Assembly: GCA_009914755.4 (NCBI GenBank)
Contig: CP068257.2
Span: 42,304,001-42,368,000 of the forward strand
DNA length: 64,000 bases
Reading direction: 5' to 3'
Origin: the human T2T-CHM13v2.0 reference genome, Homo sapiens
A program made the translations under genes and the position numbers. The notes under the pieces are model-generated. The model was not told the DNA's origin. It saw only the letters and a program-made list of their open reading frames with translations, and ran no database searches. Below, piece by piece: positions 40,309 through 60,705 of this stretch (position 1 is the first letter of the stretch; the number at the start of each line of letters is the position of its first letter).

Positions 40309-41303
40309 TTCTTCACGTCTCTTCTGAGCATAGTGCCTGAGAACCCGGAATTGTCCAGGTGGCTCACACAGCAGCAGGGTTCATGGAGATAAAAGCCCTT
40401 CTTGAAGAAAGTGGCCCCCCAGGGCTAAGGAACTTGATGAAGAAACCAAACAGTCCCGTGACGTCTTAGCAAGCTAGCAACGTGGCCTGAGCTTTGCTTT
40501 GCTGTTGGATGTGAGCTCTTCCACTGCAGGCGGCCTGCACCTGGGCTGGGCAGGAACAAGTCCAACCGCAGGTACCCTGGACGTGAGCCTTGATCGTCCC
40601 ACGTGTGGCCAGGGGGCCTGTGAGGGTGCACGTGCACACACATGCACACACAGACACACACGTGCACGTACACCAGCAGGTGCATGCCCTGCCGCTGAAC
40701 CCCTGGGGGAGGGACAGGCCCAGTCACAGGGGCAGGCACCAGAGGACAAGGCCACGGAGGGCTCCGCATGGCTTCGGCTGCTGCCCTGCAGTCGGTCCCA
40801 GCCTCATAGCACTTGCCAGGTGGAGCCGCTCCGAAGTCTTAGGATCCAGGGATGGGAAATGCCAGCAAGGTCACATGTGTGACCTCACTTCACAGCTGCT
40901 GGCGCAGCCTCTGCTTGAACCCAGCCAGATCCCAGCGTGCCTCTACTGTCTGAATTGGCCCATTCCATCGATCACAGATGGGGAGCACAAGTGTGTTTCC
41001 GTGGGACAGTGTGTTACGGGGGAGGCTTGGATTTGGGGGTCTGGAGGCCTCTAGATGAAAACCCAAAACTCACTCCTTAGGACCTGTGTGGCCCAGGCCA
41101 AGAAGGTTCTTAGCCTCCATGCCCTTCCGTGTTCTAGCCTGTAAGGTGGGGATGGTCATCAGGACGATCAGCGTACCTCCTGGGCTTAGGCCGTGACAGG
41201 TGCTCAGCAAGTGGCTACTGTCCCGGCAGACCCGGGGGCATCCCAAACCTGCATCTGTCCTGGGCCCTGCCTGTGCCAGCATGGAGGGGAGGGGCTGTGG
41301 TAG

Positions 41304-42940
<1,637 letters not shown>

Positions 42941-43869
42941 TCACCCCTTTTTGCTGGGCTGGGCCTCCTTTGCGAGTGCAGTGCGGTTCATCCCTTAGCA
43001 TCTCTGAGGTGTGTGCCCCGCCGTGTCCCTCCACACCGCTGTGACACTGCTGCTCTTCTGCAGAGTTGATAGCACGGGGCATGGTGACCGACGTCATCCC
43101 CCCCAGTAAAGGCGCACGAGGAGGGCGGGCTCCTGACCGGCCTCAGCAGGACTGTGTCCACCAGAGCAACACACCCAAAGCCAGGGTTCTGGCTGCAGCT
43201 CCTCAGACCAGTGGGAGGTCATTAGACCCGCAGGAGCGCACGTGACTCCGGGAAGTGGGATGGGACCGTGTTGCCGGAAAAGCCGGATGAGCAAAGGCGG
43301 GCAAGCCCAAGGTGTTCAGACCCGGCCGGAGAGGTGGGAGACGGGGAACACGGCAGCTGCACAGCTCTCCCGGGGAGAGTCCGCGTGTGGTGGGAGGGAC
43401 CCAGCCCGACTCCCTAGGAGCTGGTTTTCATGTTTGGGGCCCACGAAGACCTTGAGCTGCCTTCAGGAAGGATTGTCACGCGGGGCAGGGTGTGTAAGCA
43501 GATGAGCTGCGCTGTGCCAGCCTGTGCTCCTCTGCCCACGCAGCAGGCCGTACATTCCGCACCCGGGATGCCTGGGACGCCCACAGGCCTTGGCCAGGCT
43601 CGGCTTGTGGAGTGCAGAGCAAGGGCTGGTGGAGCTCCTCGGGCGCTTGGAGCCAGGGAGTGTGCGCAGTGGCAAGGGGGGACCTTAGAGACAAGCAAAT
43701 GCTAAATGATCTGAAATCGGGATTGGAGATGGGGCAGGGGAGAGTCGGCTCTAGACAGGCATGTCCAGCCTGTTTGCAAAACCCCTGCAAGATCTAAGGA
43801 CATCCAGGGGACAGACATCGTGAGCATGGGGTTCGGCTCCCATGTGCCTCTTGTCATGGAGGGACTTGA

Positions 43870-44426
<557 letters not shown>

Positions 44427-44538
44427 TCAAGCAGCTTTTAAATGCAGGACTTCCGCCCCCGAAATTCCAACTCACACAGCTGTAATTACATGGTCAGTTC
44501 CACCTGCCCAGGACTTTATACGAAACCTGACCCCCCTC

Positions 44539-44989
<451 letters not shown>

Positions 44990-46546
44990 CTATGCCATGT
45001 CTCCTGCCCAAACCCTTTTCTGCTGCTCCCAACCAGAAAATAAGGATGGAGACAGCCTGCAGCCCCTCCTTTGCCAGTGAAAGATCTGGTGGGGAGGCGT
45101 GGGGTCTCTGGGGGTCGGGGGGACAGGTATGACGATGCTGGTGCCCATCTCTCTGGGGCATTCCGCCCCCTTTGGACTTCATTGTCCCTGCTGTGTCACC
45201 AGGGGCCCTGCCACACCCTGCCTCCGAGTGTGTGGGGTCTGTACCTGCTTTGCCCCCACTGGCCGCTTTCTCCAGGACAGCCATGAACATCTCCAGTGTC
45301 CTCGGAGCAAGGAAGGAATGCTTCCTGGAGCAGAAGTGGCCACAATGACGCTAGGTCAGCAGATGGCCGCAGAGGCCTGGGCAGTGACCGGTCGGAGAAC
45401 AAAGCCTGAGGTGTTCCCAGGCCGGTTTCCACGGGAGTCTTGGCAGTGACCCGTGCACGGAGGAGACGCGTGCCTTCCTGGCCCCCCAGTTTGGATTCCT
45501 GGTGCCTCTAAGGTCTGCTGATGGCAGAGCTGCACCCGGGTGAGCACAACCCAGGATGGGGTAGGGGGTGGCTCTTCACATTCCCTGTCCTCAGTGACAG
45601 AAACTCACTTTTATTATCCTAAACTCTGTTTTTGCTTAGAATTTGGGGCAACTTGCCCTGAAATAACCCTTCCCTTGTCCTTGGGATGAGGGGACTCTGT
45701 CCTCAGGGCATAATCATGTAGAAATAGGTCATCCTGCAGGTCCCCCCAGGAAATTCCTGAGAGGAAAGAGGGAACCCACTTTGAGCTGCCTGGGTCATTC
45801 CTCCAGCACGTCCCCTCCCAGCCCCAGCCTGCGCTGGAGACTGGTCTGAGTTCAAAGGCCGCGCCTTCTTCAGAGAACAGCCACTGCTGGCAGAGTCAGG
45901 CGTCCCATCCCCTCCAAGACAGCTGGGTTCCCTGGGGCTGTGGGAAGGCGGGTGTGGGGAGATGACCAGCGGTTTCTGGTCCTGTGTGCCCAGCCCCTAT
46001 CAGCCCACAGAGCCTCACCGTGGTGTCTCCCCTGCCCACCAGCACACGGAGGGAGCAGGAAGGGATGCCTGCCAGAGGCTTCGCCCTTAGTCGGGGAAGG
46101 AAGTGATCCCACTCCATCTTCTGGTCCGAAGCCTTTTCCCTCTTCAGGGTGGGCCTGTCCACACCCGCCCCCGAGGTGGCTCTTCCGTCTCTCCCGCAGG
46201 TGCAGGTGGGACCCACAGGCTGCAGAGTCAGACCTGAGGGAAAATCCCGACTTCAGAAGTCATTTCTCAGCCTCCTCATCAGAAAATGAAAACCCAAACC
46301 AAAAGCTCCCCAGAAGGCTGAGGGAAAGGAGCCGGGCTCCCATCCGACAACTCACTGGGCCATAAGCACAACCTGGGGTGTGGGGAGAAGCCACAGCTCT
46401 GCCCTGGGGGTCTCCAGGGTACCTGGGCCAGAAGCCTGCAGTGGCGGCCCGGACAGTGGGGGCCCAGGCAGCGGTTCACGAGGAGACCTTGGATGAGAGC
46501 TTGTCCCTTCCTTTCTGCAGCAGCCACTAAGGAAGGCGCAGAGGGA

Positions 46547-47256
<710 letters not shown>

Positions 47257-47272
47257 CTACCCGATGAGGAAG

Positions 47273-47382
47273 CCGGGGACCAGACCAAGGACACTGACCA
47301 TGCCCAAGCCGGGGACCAGACCAAGGACACTGACCATGCCCAAGCCAGGGACCAGACCAAGGACACTGACCATGCCCAAGCC
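47273..47382. repeat. Minisatellite, 36-bp unit (ccggggaccagaccaaggacactgaccatgcccaag) x3
   Basis: Three near-perfect tandem copies. Confidence 0.9.
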
Positions 47383-47721
47383 GTCCAGCTAGTTCAGAGT
47401 CAAGTGGAAATAACCAGGGCGGGAGCACAGAGAGCCACATCCCAGTGGCTCCAGATCCTGGTGTCGGACAGCTGGGTGCTTGGGGAACTGCCGTTCATTC
47501 ACAGGGCTTTGCGGCTGAGCTCAGAACTTGATCTTGACTTTGATGGGTGGAAGGAATGTGAGTGCCTGGATTAAAGCGGATTGTCACGTAGGCCACAGGA
47601 TTCACGTGGGTAGAGACCCCTGGGCAGCAAGGAGCAGCCTCCAGCCCAAGTTAAGGCGTGGAGACAGTGAGCTGGGCGTGCCATCCGCGTGTGCCATCCT
47701 CAAAACCCAGCAAGTGCTCCC

Positions 47722-47789
47722 TCCTGACCTCAAGTGATCCACTCGCTTCGGCCTCCCAAAATGCTGGGATTACAGGCGTGAGCCACTAA
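47722..47789 (-). mobile_element. Short Alu 5'-end fragment (reverse)
   Basis: ctcctgacctcaagtgatccactcgcttcggcctcccaaaatgctgggattacaggcgtgagccact. Confidence 0.75.
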
Positions 47790-49271
47790 CTACCCTCAGC
47801 AAGGTTTCCAGTTTTTTGATGTATGCATTTATTGTTATTAACTTACCTCTTAATGCGTCTACTGTGTCCCAGAAGTTTTGGCACATTGTGTTTCTATTTT
47901 TGTTTGTTTCAAGGAATTTAATATTTTTAAAAGTTTTTTCATTGTTAAAAATATGGATCACTTCATGAATTTGCACGTTTCCTTGCAGGGGTCATGCTAA
48001 TCTTCTCTATCATTTCCACTTTAGGATATTGCCACGGTTTCTACAGGACTGAACAAAGGGGGACCAACGCAGAAATGAAAACTTAAAACAAAAGTAAGTA
48101 TTTTAAAGGAAGGGGCCAGGGGAAGAAGAAGAGCACTCGCAGCTTCCGGTGAGCATGAACAGCACCTGAGCTTCCACAGCCCTTCCTATTTGTTGAGTAG
48201 AATGAGCAGGGAGGAGGAGGTAATGATTGCTCAGCTGCTTAATTGATCACAGGTGCATATTATTACTAACAGCCTTCAGATGTGCCCTGTAGCTAATCAC
48301 AAGAAACACTTGTGCCTGGGTCGTGACTGCCTCAGTATTCCTTCTGGGCGGCAGAAGCAGTTTGTCAGTTTACCAGTTTGCCAACGTTCTGCTTTTCTGA
48401 GAACAGTTTGCTGTTTACCCACATACCCTCCAGTGGTATACTGAGTTGATCACCACCCTCACTTTCTGCAGCAGCCACTAAGGAAGGCGCAGAGGGACTT
48501 CCTTTCGGCCTGCAACAGTATCTGTGCTGCCCAAGTGAGTATGGAATTTTAAATTTTCATTCTTAGTCTCTTCCTTCATCCACTGGTCATTCAGGAGCAT
48601 GTTGTTTAATTTCCATGTATTTGTACAGTTTCAAATGTTCCTCTTGTTATTGCTTTCTGGTTTTGTTGCACTGTGGTCAGATAAGATACCTGGTATCATT
48701 TTGATTTTTAAAACATTGTAGAGACATGTTTTGTGTCTTAACATATTGTCAATCCTGGAGAATCTCCCATGTGCTGATGAAAAGAATGTATTTTTCAGCT
48801 GTTGAGTGAAACGTTCTGTAAAGGTCTGTCAGGTCCATTTGGTCTACGGTGTAGTTTCAATCCAATGTTTCTTTGTTAATCTTCTATCTAGATGATCTTT
48901 TTAATGCTGAGAGAGGGGTTTTAGAGTCCAACTATTATTCTATTGGGGTCTATCTCTCCCTTTAGATCTATTAATAATAATATTTGCTTTATATACCTGG
49001 GTACCCTGGTGTTGGGTGCATATATATTTTTAAGTGTTATATTCCCTTGCCAAATTAACCCCCTTATTATTATACAGCGTCTTTGTCTCTTTTTATAGCT
49101 TTTGAAGTCTGTTTTGTCTAATATAAGTACAGTTACTCCTGCTCACTTTTGGTTTCCATTTTTGTGGAATATTTTTTTCCATCCCTTCACTTTTAGCCTA
49201 TATGTTTCTTTACACATGAGGTGAGTTTCTTGTAGGCAGCGTATAGCTGGGTCTTTTTAAAAATCCATTCA

Positions 49272-49575
<304 letters not shown>

Positions 49576-50322
49576 AAATCCATTCAGCCAGTCTATATCA
49601 TTTAAATGGGGGAATTTAATCCATTTACATTTAGGGTTATTACTGATAGGTAAGGATTTACTCCTATCATGTTGTTGATGTTTTCTGATTATTTTCTATA
49701 TCAGAAAATAATCGGAAGTGCACACCTTGTGCTCCTAGACCAGGGCAGTGCTGCTGTGTGAATTCCTGGCAGCTCTCCAAGCTGGGCTCAGGGCTTGCAA
49801 GGACTGTGGGATTCTCCTGTCGTAAGGACTGTAGGTGTTGGTGGTGGCAATGGGGGCTGATGAGGATCTTCTACTTACCTTTGCCCCGCAAGGGGGTGTC
49901 CCTCTTGACTCCCAGCAGATTCAATCCAGGTGGAGGAGATGGAGCTGCAGGGCCAGGTGCCTCGACACTGCCCTCCAATTTGAAGGGCTTCCAATCACCA
50001 AAGGTGTGTCTTTTCTCCCTGCTGCGCTTCACATTCTCCCTCTGACACTCCAGTCAAATCTTAGCTATTTATTCATTGTCTTGGTCCTTTCTTGTGGAGG
50101 ACAAGTGCCAGGGGTCTCTAGTCAGCCACCCTGATGACATTATGCTCTGTGGTTTTAATTTGAATTTTCCTGCAATGCAAATAATTAGTCATGCTTAGTG
50201 ATGAGTGTTTTTTTATATGCCTGTTGGTCAGCTGCATGTCTTCTTTTGAGAAATGGCTATTCCTTTTGCCCATTTTTAAGATTGGGTTGTTTCTTGTTGT
50301 TCTTTTAGTTCCATATAAATAA

Positions 50323-50660
<338 letters not shown>

Positions 50661-51289
50661 TAACTCTTTATCGGATGCATGGTTTGCAAATACTTTCTCC
50701 TATTTTGTAGGCTTTCTCCTCACTCTGTCGATTGTTTCCTTCGCTGTGCAGAAGCCTTTTAGTTTGATGTAATCCCATTTGTCTATTTTTGCTTTTGTTT
50801 CCTATGCTTCTGGGTCATATCCAAACAAATGATTGCCCAGATCATTGTCATGGAGCCTTTCCCTACGTTTTCTTCTAGTGGCTTCACATGTTCGGGTTTT
50901 GTGTTAAGTCTTTAATCCATTTTGAGTTGAATTTTGTACATGGTATGAGATAAGCGTCCAATTTCATTCTGCATGTGGATATCCAGGTTTCCTGGCACCA
51001 CTGATTGGAGACACTGTCCTTTTTCGGAGTAGTGAATACACTCCCATCGTTCAGACATTGCAGTTATCCAGCCCAGTGCAAAGGAGAGGCCTCCGTCTCC
51101 CCAGCCCTGTCTGCCTGTGTCCTCCACAGGCTGGAGCTTGGCTGGTGCGGTGCCCATGATACCTACTGTGAGTGGCTGTCAGTCTGTTTCAATTGGTCAA
51201 TTCCTGTGCTATATTGGCCAGCAAGTATCGTAAGTCTTACCCCTGCTTGTAGATACATATTTGTATTAGTGTATGTTTCCAGTAATTCC

Positions 51290-51582
51290 TTTTTTTTTTT
51301 TTCTGAGACAGGGTCTCATTCTGTTGCCCAGGCTGAAGTGCAGTGGTCAACCTTTGCTCACTGCAGCCTCAACTTGTTGGGCTCAAGCAATCCTCCCATC
51401 TCAGCCTCCCCAGTGGCTGGGATTACAGATGTGTACCACCACACCTGGCTAACTTATTTTTTGGTAGACATGGGGGTCTCTCTATGTTGCCCAGGCTGGT
51501 CTCAAACTCCTGGCCCCAAATGATCCTCCTGTCTCAGCCTCCCGAAGTGCTGAGACTACAGGCGTGAACACTGCACCTGGCC
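51290..51582 (-). mobile_element. Alu (reverse, diverged)
   Basis: T15 tail, ctgagacagggtctcattctgttgcccaggctgaagtgcagtgg…gagactacaggcgtgaacactgcacctggcc. Confidence 0.85.
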
Positions 51583-53688
51583 TTATTCTTTCTTTTCAAA
51601 AAATGGACATGCTTGGCTGGGTGGCTCTCTGGAAGCTTCCTTGGCAGCTTAGTGTATGTCAGTGTTTAGAAATGTTCCACTGCCATGTGGTGCCGCACCC
51701 CCATTGCTGGGTCAGGAACGTGTCCCTCATCCACCTTATTGCTGATGCTGTTGGTGTCTCAGAAGGGTTTACTATTTCTGCTCATGCTGGGTTGGACTAA
51801 GAGAGGGAAAACCCTCCTATCACTAGCAGGTGTTGGCCTCTCCCTCTCCTGACATGAGAATGCATCTTAAATAAAGACCTGCCTCTTTCTCCCATGCCTG
51901 AAAAGGGCCAAGATGCTCTGGCTGAAGTTGCCAGGAGGTCAGCACCTCTTCCTTTCCCCTGCATTCTGGGGATTGCCCCCCGCCACTGTCTCTGGTTGAA
52001 TGTGTCTGTGCAAACCTCTGTAGTGATCTCTGCAAAGGGAGGAGGGGAGTGGGGCCGGGACTAAGCCTGGGACAGAGGTGGGAGCTGGGCCAGGGGGAGC
52101 CTCCCTTGGGGCCAGGCAGTGGCAAGAGCCACGTGGAAAAAAGCAAGTCCCTTTGATCAGAAAACCCACTGCTGTCCCTGCACCAGCCTGGGCCAGGACG
52201 GGACAGATGGGCCTTGGCAAGCCTCCCACGGACACCACGCAGCCTCACCCCACAGCAGTCAGCCGCCTTAGGTCTGCAGCTCACAGCCCATCCTGCCAGG
52301 GACAGTTGGAAGACTGCCTGGAGGAGGCCTTTGGTTCCCAAAAAAGCTGGGCTGAGGCCACAAGGCCCCCTGCAGACCCTCGTCCTCAGACTTGTTTCCA
52401 CATTTATTTAAAGGATGCAGGGAGGAGCTGGTTTTATATTAATAACAATTAAGTACTCTTCATGTTCAAAACAGAACACTTATTACTTGCAATTTTCTGA
52501 GTCAGCCAAGTTCCCAGCCAGTGTATTAAACATGTAACGTTTAGGTAATGAGATGAACTCTTGATTTCAGTACCAGGCCGTGGGTGCATCTCTCCTAGAA
52601 TTCCGGCAGCCATCGGGCCCCTCTCAGGGCTGGGGGCTGGACGACAGGGGAGCAGGAGAGATGCGTCCATCACAGAGCCATCTGCCTTCGAGGCAGAGTG
52701 TGCATGGACTGGGGTACAGGTGGTTTATTTGAGGTGGGCCCAGAGAGAGGGGGAAGGGAGTGGGGATGGTGGGGTGTAGAGGATGGGGGTAAGACAGGGA
52801 CTGTCACTGAGCTAGTTCCCATCATAGTTCGACCTGGCCAGGGCTGTGAACAAAGTACCTCTGAGCAGAGGGAGGTTTGCATGACCACCCACCTACCCCA
52901 GGGCGGCCATCGTGGAGACAGGGCCTGCTGGTGTCCATTTTCCAACGCTTCCTGGCTGAGCCTGTTTCTGAGCCCATGGAGAAGGTTCTAGGCCTGCGGC
53001 AGAAAAGTGGGGCCCCCAACTAGTCTCAGAGGAGGGACCCTAACTGTCTGGTGCCACCCAGCTGCACCTGAAATCAGAGTGAGCTGAAGGCATGTGGCCT
53101 GGGGCACCCAATGCGTCTGTTAGGGTCTGAGTGCACCAGGGAGGACTGTTCTCTTGTCACCACTCAGGCCACCGTGACTGGACAGTTTTCCCATTGTACC
53201 ATTTACGTAGGAAGAGATGTAGAAACTGGGCTAGCTGACACCACCCTCCAGGCTATTCGAGTGATGTTTTGGAGGTTGGCTTACTGGCAGCTCAGCCCTC
53301 AACCAGCTCTTCCCTCTTGCCACCTTCTTCTGTGCAAGGGGGATGTTATATCACCCGCTGTTAGGTGTGCCAGGGGTTGGCGTGAAAGGCATTGGTGCTG
53401 CTCCTATGTCTGAGCCAGGCCACAGCCGGCTTCTGCCATCTGGGCAGTGGGCGGCTCCCTGGTCCCTGAGAACAGCAAGGAAAAGGTGGGGCACAGATGA
53501 GGGCCTCCAGCAGGGTGGCTGCTCCTGCCCCAGTCCCGAACCCCACCGCGCAGGGACACAAGCGGGGGACATGAGGCCAAGGCACAGACAGGCCTCTTGG
53601 GGAGTGACCTCTGCTTGGAGAGGGAGCACGAGAATCCAGACTGTCAGGAAGCCAAGAAAGACCCAACTGAGTTCAAAATAGGAGCACG

Positions 53689-54001
53689 GGCCAGGCACGG
53701 TGGCTCACGCCTGTAATCCCAGCACTTTGGGAGGCTGAGGCGGGCAGATCACGAGGTCAGGAGATTGAGACCATCCTGGCTAACACGGTGAAACCCCGTC
53801 TCTACTAAAAAAAATAAAAATAAAAAAAATTAGCCGGGCGTGGTGGCGGGCACCTGTAGTCCCAGCTACTCGGGAGGCTGAGGCAGGAGAATGGCGTGAA
53901 CCCGGGAGAGGTGGAGCTTGCAGTGAGCCGAGATTGCGCCATTGCACTCCAGCCTAGGCGACAGAGTGAGACTCCGTCTCAAAAAAAAAAAAAAAAAAAA
54001 A
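53689..54001 (+). mobile_element. Alu (AluY-like), full length
   Basis: ggccaggcacggtggctcacgcctgtaatccc…gagattgagaccatcctggctaacacggtgaaaccccgtctc… A22 tail. Confidence 0.9.
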
Positions 54002-54128
54002 TAGCATGGGGCATAGTGTTTGGAGCAGCCGTCCACAGCGCCAGGCTTGATTCCATCAGCGCTACTTATTTACATCACACTATACAGCCTAAAACCTGGG
54101 AAGAGCGTATTGTTTCTGCACAAGCTCA

Positions 54129-54965
<837 letters not shown>

Positions 54966-54979
54966 CTATGGACTGCGTG

Positions 54980-55140
54980 GGCTGGGTGTGGTGGCATGCG
55001 CCTGTTATCCCAGCACTTTGGGAGGCCAAGGTGGGAGGATCACTTGAACCAAGGAGATGGAGGCTGCAGTGAGCTATGAATGTACCACCACACTCCAGAG
55101 TGAGTGACAGAGCAACTGTGTCTCAAAAAAAAAAAAAAAA
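54980..55140 (+). mobile_element. Alu with internal deletion
   Basis: ggctgggtgtggtggcatgcgcctgttatcccagcactttgggaggccaaggtgggagg…ccactccagagtgagtgacagagcaactgtgtctc A16. Confidence 0.8.
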
Positions 55141-55306
55141 GATGGAAAATGCAGATATGTGGGTAAAAGGGGGAAGAAACTGCAGAGTCTGTGACCCAAT
55201 CATAGTCACTGATACTGTTTTGATGAATTTCCTTCCAATCTCTTTTGTAATGATAGTGGGGTGGAGTTTTTTGCTTTTATGTAGTTGTTATTATATCACA
55301 TCACTT

Positions 55307-55595
55307 TTCTTTTTTTGAGACAGGGTCTTGCTCTGTTGCCCAGGCTGGAGTTCAGTAGTGCAGTCTAGGCTCACTGCAGCCTCCACCTCCCAGGCTCAGG
55401 ATCCTCCCACCTCAGCCTCCCGAGTAGCTGGGAACACAGATGCAGCCACCACACCCGGCTAATTTTTGTATTTTTTGTAGAGACAGGGTCTTGCTATGTG
55501 GCCCAGGCTGGTCTCAAACTCCTGGGCTCAAGTGATTCTCCCACCTTGGACTCCCAAAGTGCTGGGACTACAGGTGTGAGCCACCGTGCCTGGCC
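55307..55595 (-). mobile_element. Alu (reverse)
   Basis: T-tail, gagacagggtcttgctctgttgcccaggctggagttcagtagtg…gactacaggtgtgagccaccgtgcctggcc. Confidence 0.9.
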
Positions 55596-56074
55596 TTCAC
55601 TTTCAAGATTTTTATAAACTGACGTTTTAAGTATTTCCCAGATTATCATAAGCCCCTCTAAAAAGTGTTTATAGATGGAGAGGGTCCAAGTGCAGCTCTG
55701 TTATGTGGATATATTGTATACTGGTGAGCTCTGGCATCTAGTGCACCCGTCACCCACGTAGCAAACATCGTGCTCAACAAGTAATTCCACAAACATTCAC
55801 AAGCCTGTTCTAAACACCATTTTGACAGTGACACAATAGTTCATCAAATGGACAAAGCATGGTTCATGTGACACAGGCTGCGCCTCTGGTCCCAGCTAAC
55901 AGTTGTTGACGTGCAGGTTGTTTCCAGTTGTTTGCTCCCGCAAAGCAATGCTGCAACATGTGTTTTTACCCATAAAGGTTTGGGAGAGATTTTGCTTCCT
56001 CAAAGAGCTCTAGAAGTGGAATTGCTGGCTCAAAGGACGAAAGGTTGGAACTGCTTTTTAAAAAACCAACACCT

Positions 56075-56489
<415 letters not shown>

Positions 56490-56509
56490 TCAAAAAATAT
56501 CTGCACCAA

Positions 56510-56795
56510 GGTTGGGCTCACACCTGTCATTCCAGCACTTTGGGCTGAGGTGGGAGGACTGCTTGAGCTCAGAGTTCAAGACCAGCCTGGGCAACATGGT
56601 GAGACCCCATCTCTACAAAAAAATACAAAAATTAGCTGAGTGTGGTGGCTGTGCCTGTAATCCCAGCTACTCAGGAGGATGAGGTAGGAGAATCTCTTGA
56701 ACCCAGGAAGCGGAGGTTGCAGTGAGCATAGATCACACCACCATAGTTCAGCCTGGGCAACAGTGAGATCCCGTCTCAAAAAAAACCAAAAACCA
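56510..56795 (+). mobile_element. Alu (5' slightly truncated)
   Basis: ggttgggctcacacctgtcattccagcactttgggctgaggtgggagg…cagcctgggcaacagtgagatcccgtctc. Confidence 0.85.
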
Positions 56796-56962
56796 TAAAC
56801 TGCACCGGACTCAGGACTGGCTTTCCCTGCACCCGGAGCGGCTTCTAGAACGCCTGGTGAGCCCAAGAGGAGGAAGCGCGCGGTGAAACACTGAAAGCCA
56901 CACACAGTGTGAAAACTCACGTGATTACTTTAAAGTTACCTGGCTTTCTATTAAAAATGTGA

Positions 56963-57252
<290 letters not shown>

Positions 57253-57524
57253 AACAATTTTGAGATGACAATGGGTTGACGTGTGGTATAAGAAGTAATC
57301 CAGGGAGGTCTTGTGCACCTTTCCTGAGTTTCCCCAGTGGTGACGTTTCGTAACATTGGATCACAGTGTCACAGCCAGGTATTGACGTGGACACAGTCCA
57401 GATCCAGAACATTCTGTTTCCGCAGGAGCCACTCTGTTGCCCTCTTCTAGCCACACCCTCCTCCCTCCTTACCCCACACCCCTGTGGCCCCTGGCAAACA
57501 CTTGTCTGTTCTCCATTTCTATAA

Positions 57525-57970
<446 letters not shown>

Positions 57971-58637
57971 TAGTATTCTGGGTGTGGATGGGCCACACTG
58001 TTTGATGATTCAGAGGCTGAGGGATGTCTGGATTGTGTCCGGTTCTGGGCAGCTTGCTGTGAACATTCACTGACTGGCCCTTCCTTTTGCCCTCTGTGCA
58101 GAGGGCCCGAGCAGTCCCTCTGGTTAGATAAGGCAGACACAATGTCCCAATACATAATTTAACAGGCTCTTTGCAGCCTGGAGACGATGTAATGGGTTAC
58201 CAGGAAAAACCATTTGAGTTCAAGTTCCAGCAACTTTTCAAAAACAATAAAACAAAATAAAAAACACCCCAAATGCTGCCTCATGAAAAAAGGTACTAAA
58301 AAAAAAAAAAAAAGAATGAACATCGATTGACAGGACTAGCATCATTTCACCATGATTCATTAAAAGAAAGTGCCAAACCAGTGTTTGTGCTGAATTCAAG
58401 CATTTTCTAAATTCCCAAGTGGAAAAAAAAAATCTCTTATAGGTCTGCTCAGAGGGAAAATAGGCTTGCAGTCCACTTACTGCCCACGCACCAAAGGCTG
58501 CCTGGACCAGAGCCGGTGGGATTGGAGGAGGGGATTCTGCCTTTGCCTCCCTTCCTCCAGAAAGAACACTCCCTAACGTGGGAGCCCATCCAGCCGCACA
58601 ACGCTGTGTCCACGTCTTCGGGAAGGGGAATGGCTAG

Positions 58638-59047
<410 letters not shown>

Positions 59048-59589
59048 TCGTCAGGGTTTTTAATTATAAATTTAAATTTTATCGATTTGAGTACATGTGA
59101 AGTGGCATCTCATTTTCATTTTAACTTGCATTTCCCTGATGTCTAATGAGCGCTGAGTGTCTTTTCCTGACATAACTGGTCCTTTCTGTCTTTCTCCTGT
59201 TGTTCTTTCCCTGACTTCTTTTGGATTAGTCAGATATTTTCTATTATTTCTCTTTTCTTTATTGGCTTCTTAGCCAAACCCCTTTTGTTCATTTTTTCCC
59301 TAGTGCTTTTTCTCCTGGGCACAGACTACGTATGCCTCACATATCAAATTTAATGTAGGGTCAATATTGTATCACTTCAGTCTTCCCTCTTCATACATAA
59401 CCCTTTGCATCTTGCACCTCACACCTGGAGTTCCACACTTCACAGTGTGAGGAGCTTATCAGTGGGTTACCTCTCACCATCCATCCTTCACACTGTCCTT
59501 ACCTTTTACTTCTACACACACTGTAGAAGTATCACAAGCTATTGTTTGTTTTAAACAGTCAGTGGTCTCTTAAAGAAATTATGAGAAGG

Positions 59590-59885
59590 GCCGGGTGCAG
59601 TGGCTTATGCCTGTAACCCAGCACTTTGGGAGGCCAAGGTGGGCAGATCACCTAAGGTCAGGAGTTCAAGGCCAGCCTGGGGAAGACCCCCTGCCGTCTC
59701 TACAAAAAATTAAAAAATTAGCTGGCATGGTGGTACGTGCCTGTGGTCCCAGCTACTTGGGAGGCTGTAGTGGGAGGATGGCTTGAAGCCAGAAGACTGA
59801 GGCTACAGTGAGCCGTGACTGTGCCCCTGCACGCCAGCCTGGGCGACAGAGCAAGACCCTGTCCCCCCACCAAAACATTTTTTTT
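59590..59885 (+). mobile_element. Alu (diverged)
   Basis: gggccgggtgcagtggcttatgcctgtaacccagcactttgggagg…cagcctgggcgacagagcaagaccctgtcc. Confidence 0.85.
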
Positions 59886-60315
59886 CTCTTGATCTATTTC
59901 ACCAGTTTGAGTATGATATGCCTGCATGTAATTTTCTTTGTATGTGTTCTCTTCAGGTTTTGCTGAATTTCTTGATCTGTAAATCAGTATTTTTCACCAC
60001 GTGTTTGGATTTGGAGCCATCATTTTGCAAAAATGTTTCCTTCCTAGACTCATACTCTCCTTCTGGAGCTCCGATCACACATGCTTTTGGCCATTTCATA
60101 CTGTCCCATAGGTCTCTGAGGTTCTCTCCACTTTTCTTCAACTTTTTTCTCTTCTTCAGATTAAATAATTTCTATCCATCTGCCTTCAAGATCCCAAACT
60201 CCTGTTTTCTCCAATCTGTTAATCCAATTCAGTGAAATTTTCATTTCTGTTATTGTACTTTTCAGTTCTAGACTTTTCTTTTGATTCTTTTAGATACTTT
60301 GTTATTCTGCTGTGA

Positions 60316-60705
<390 letters not shown>

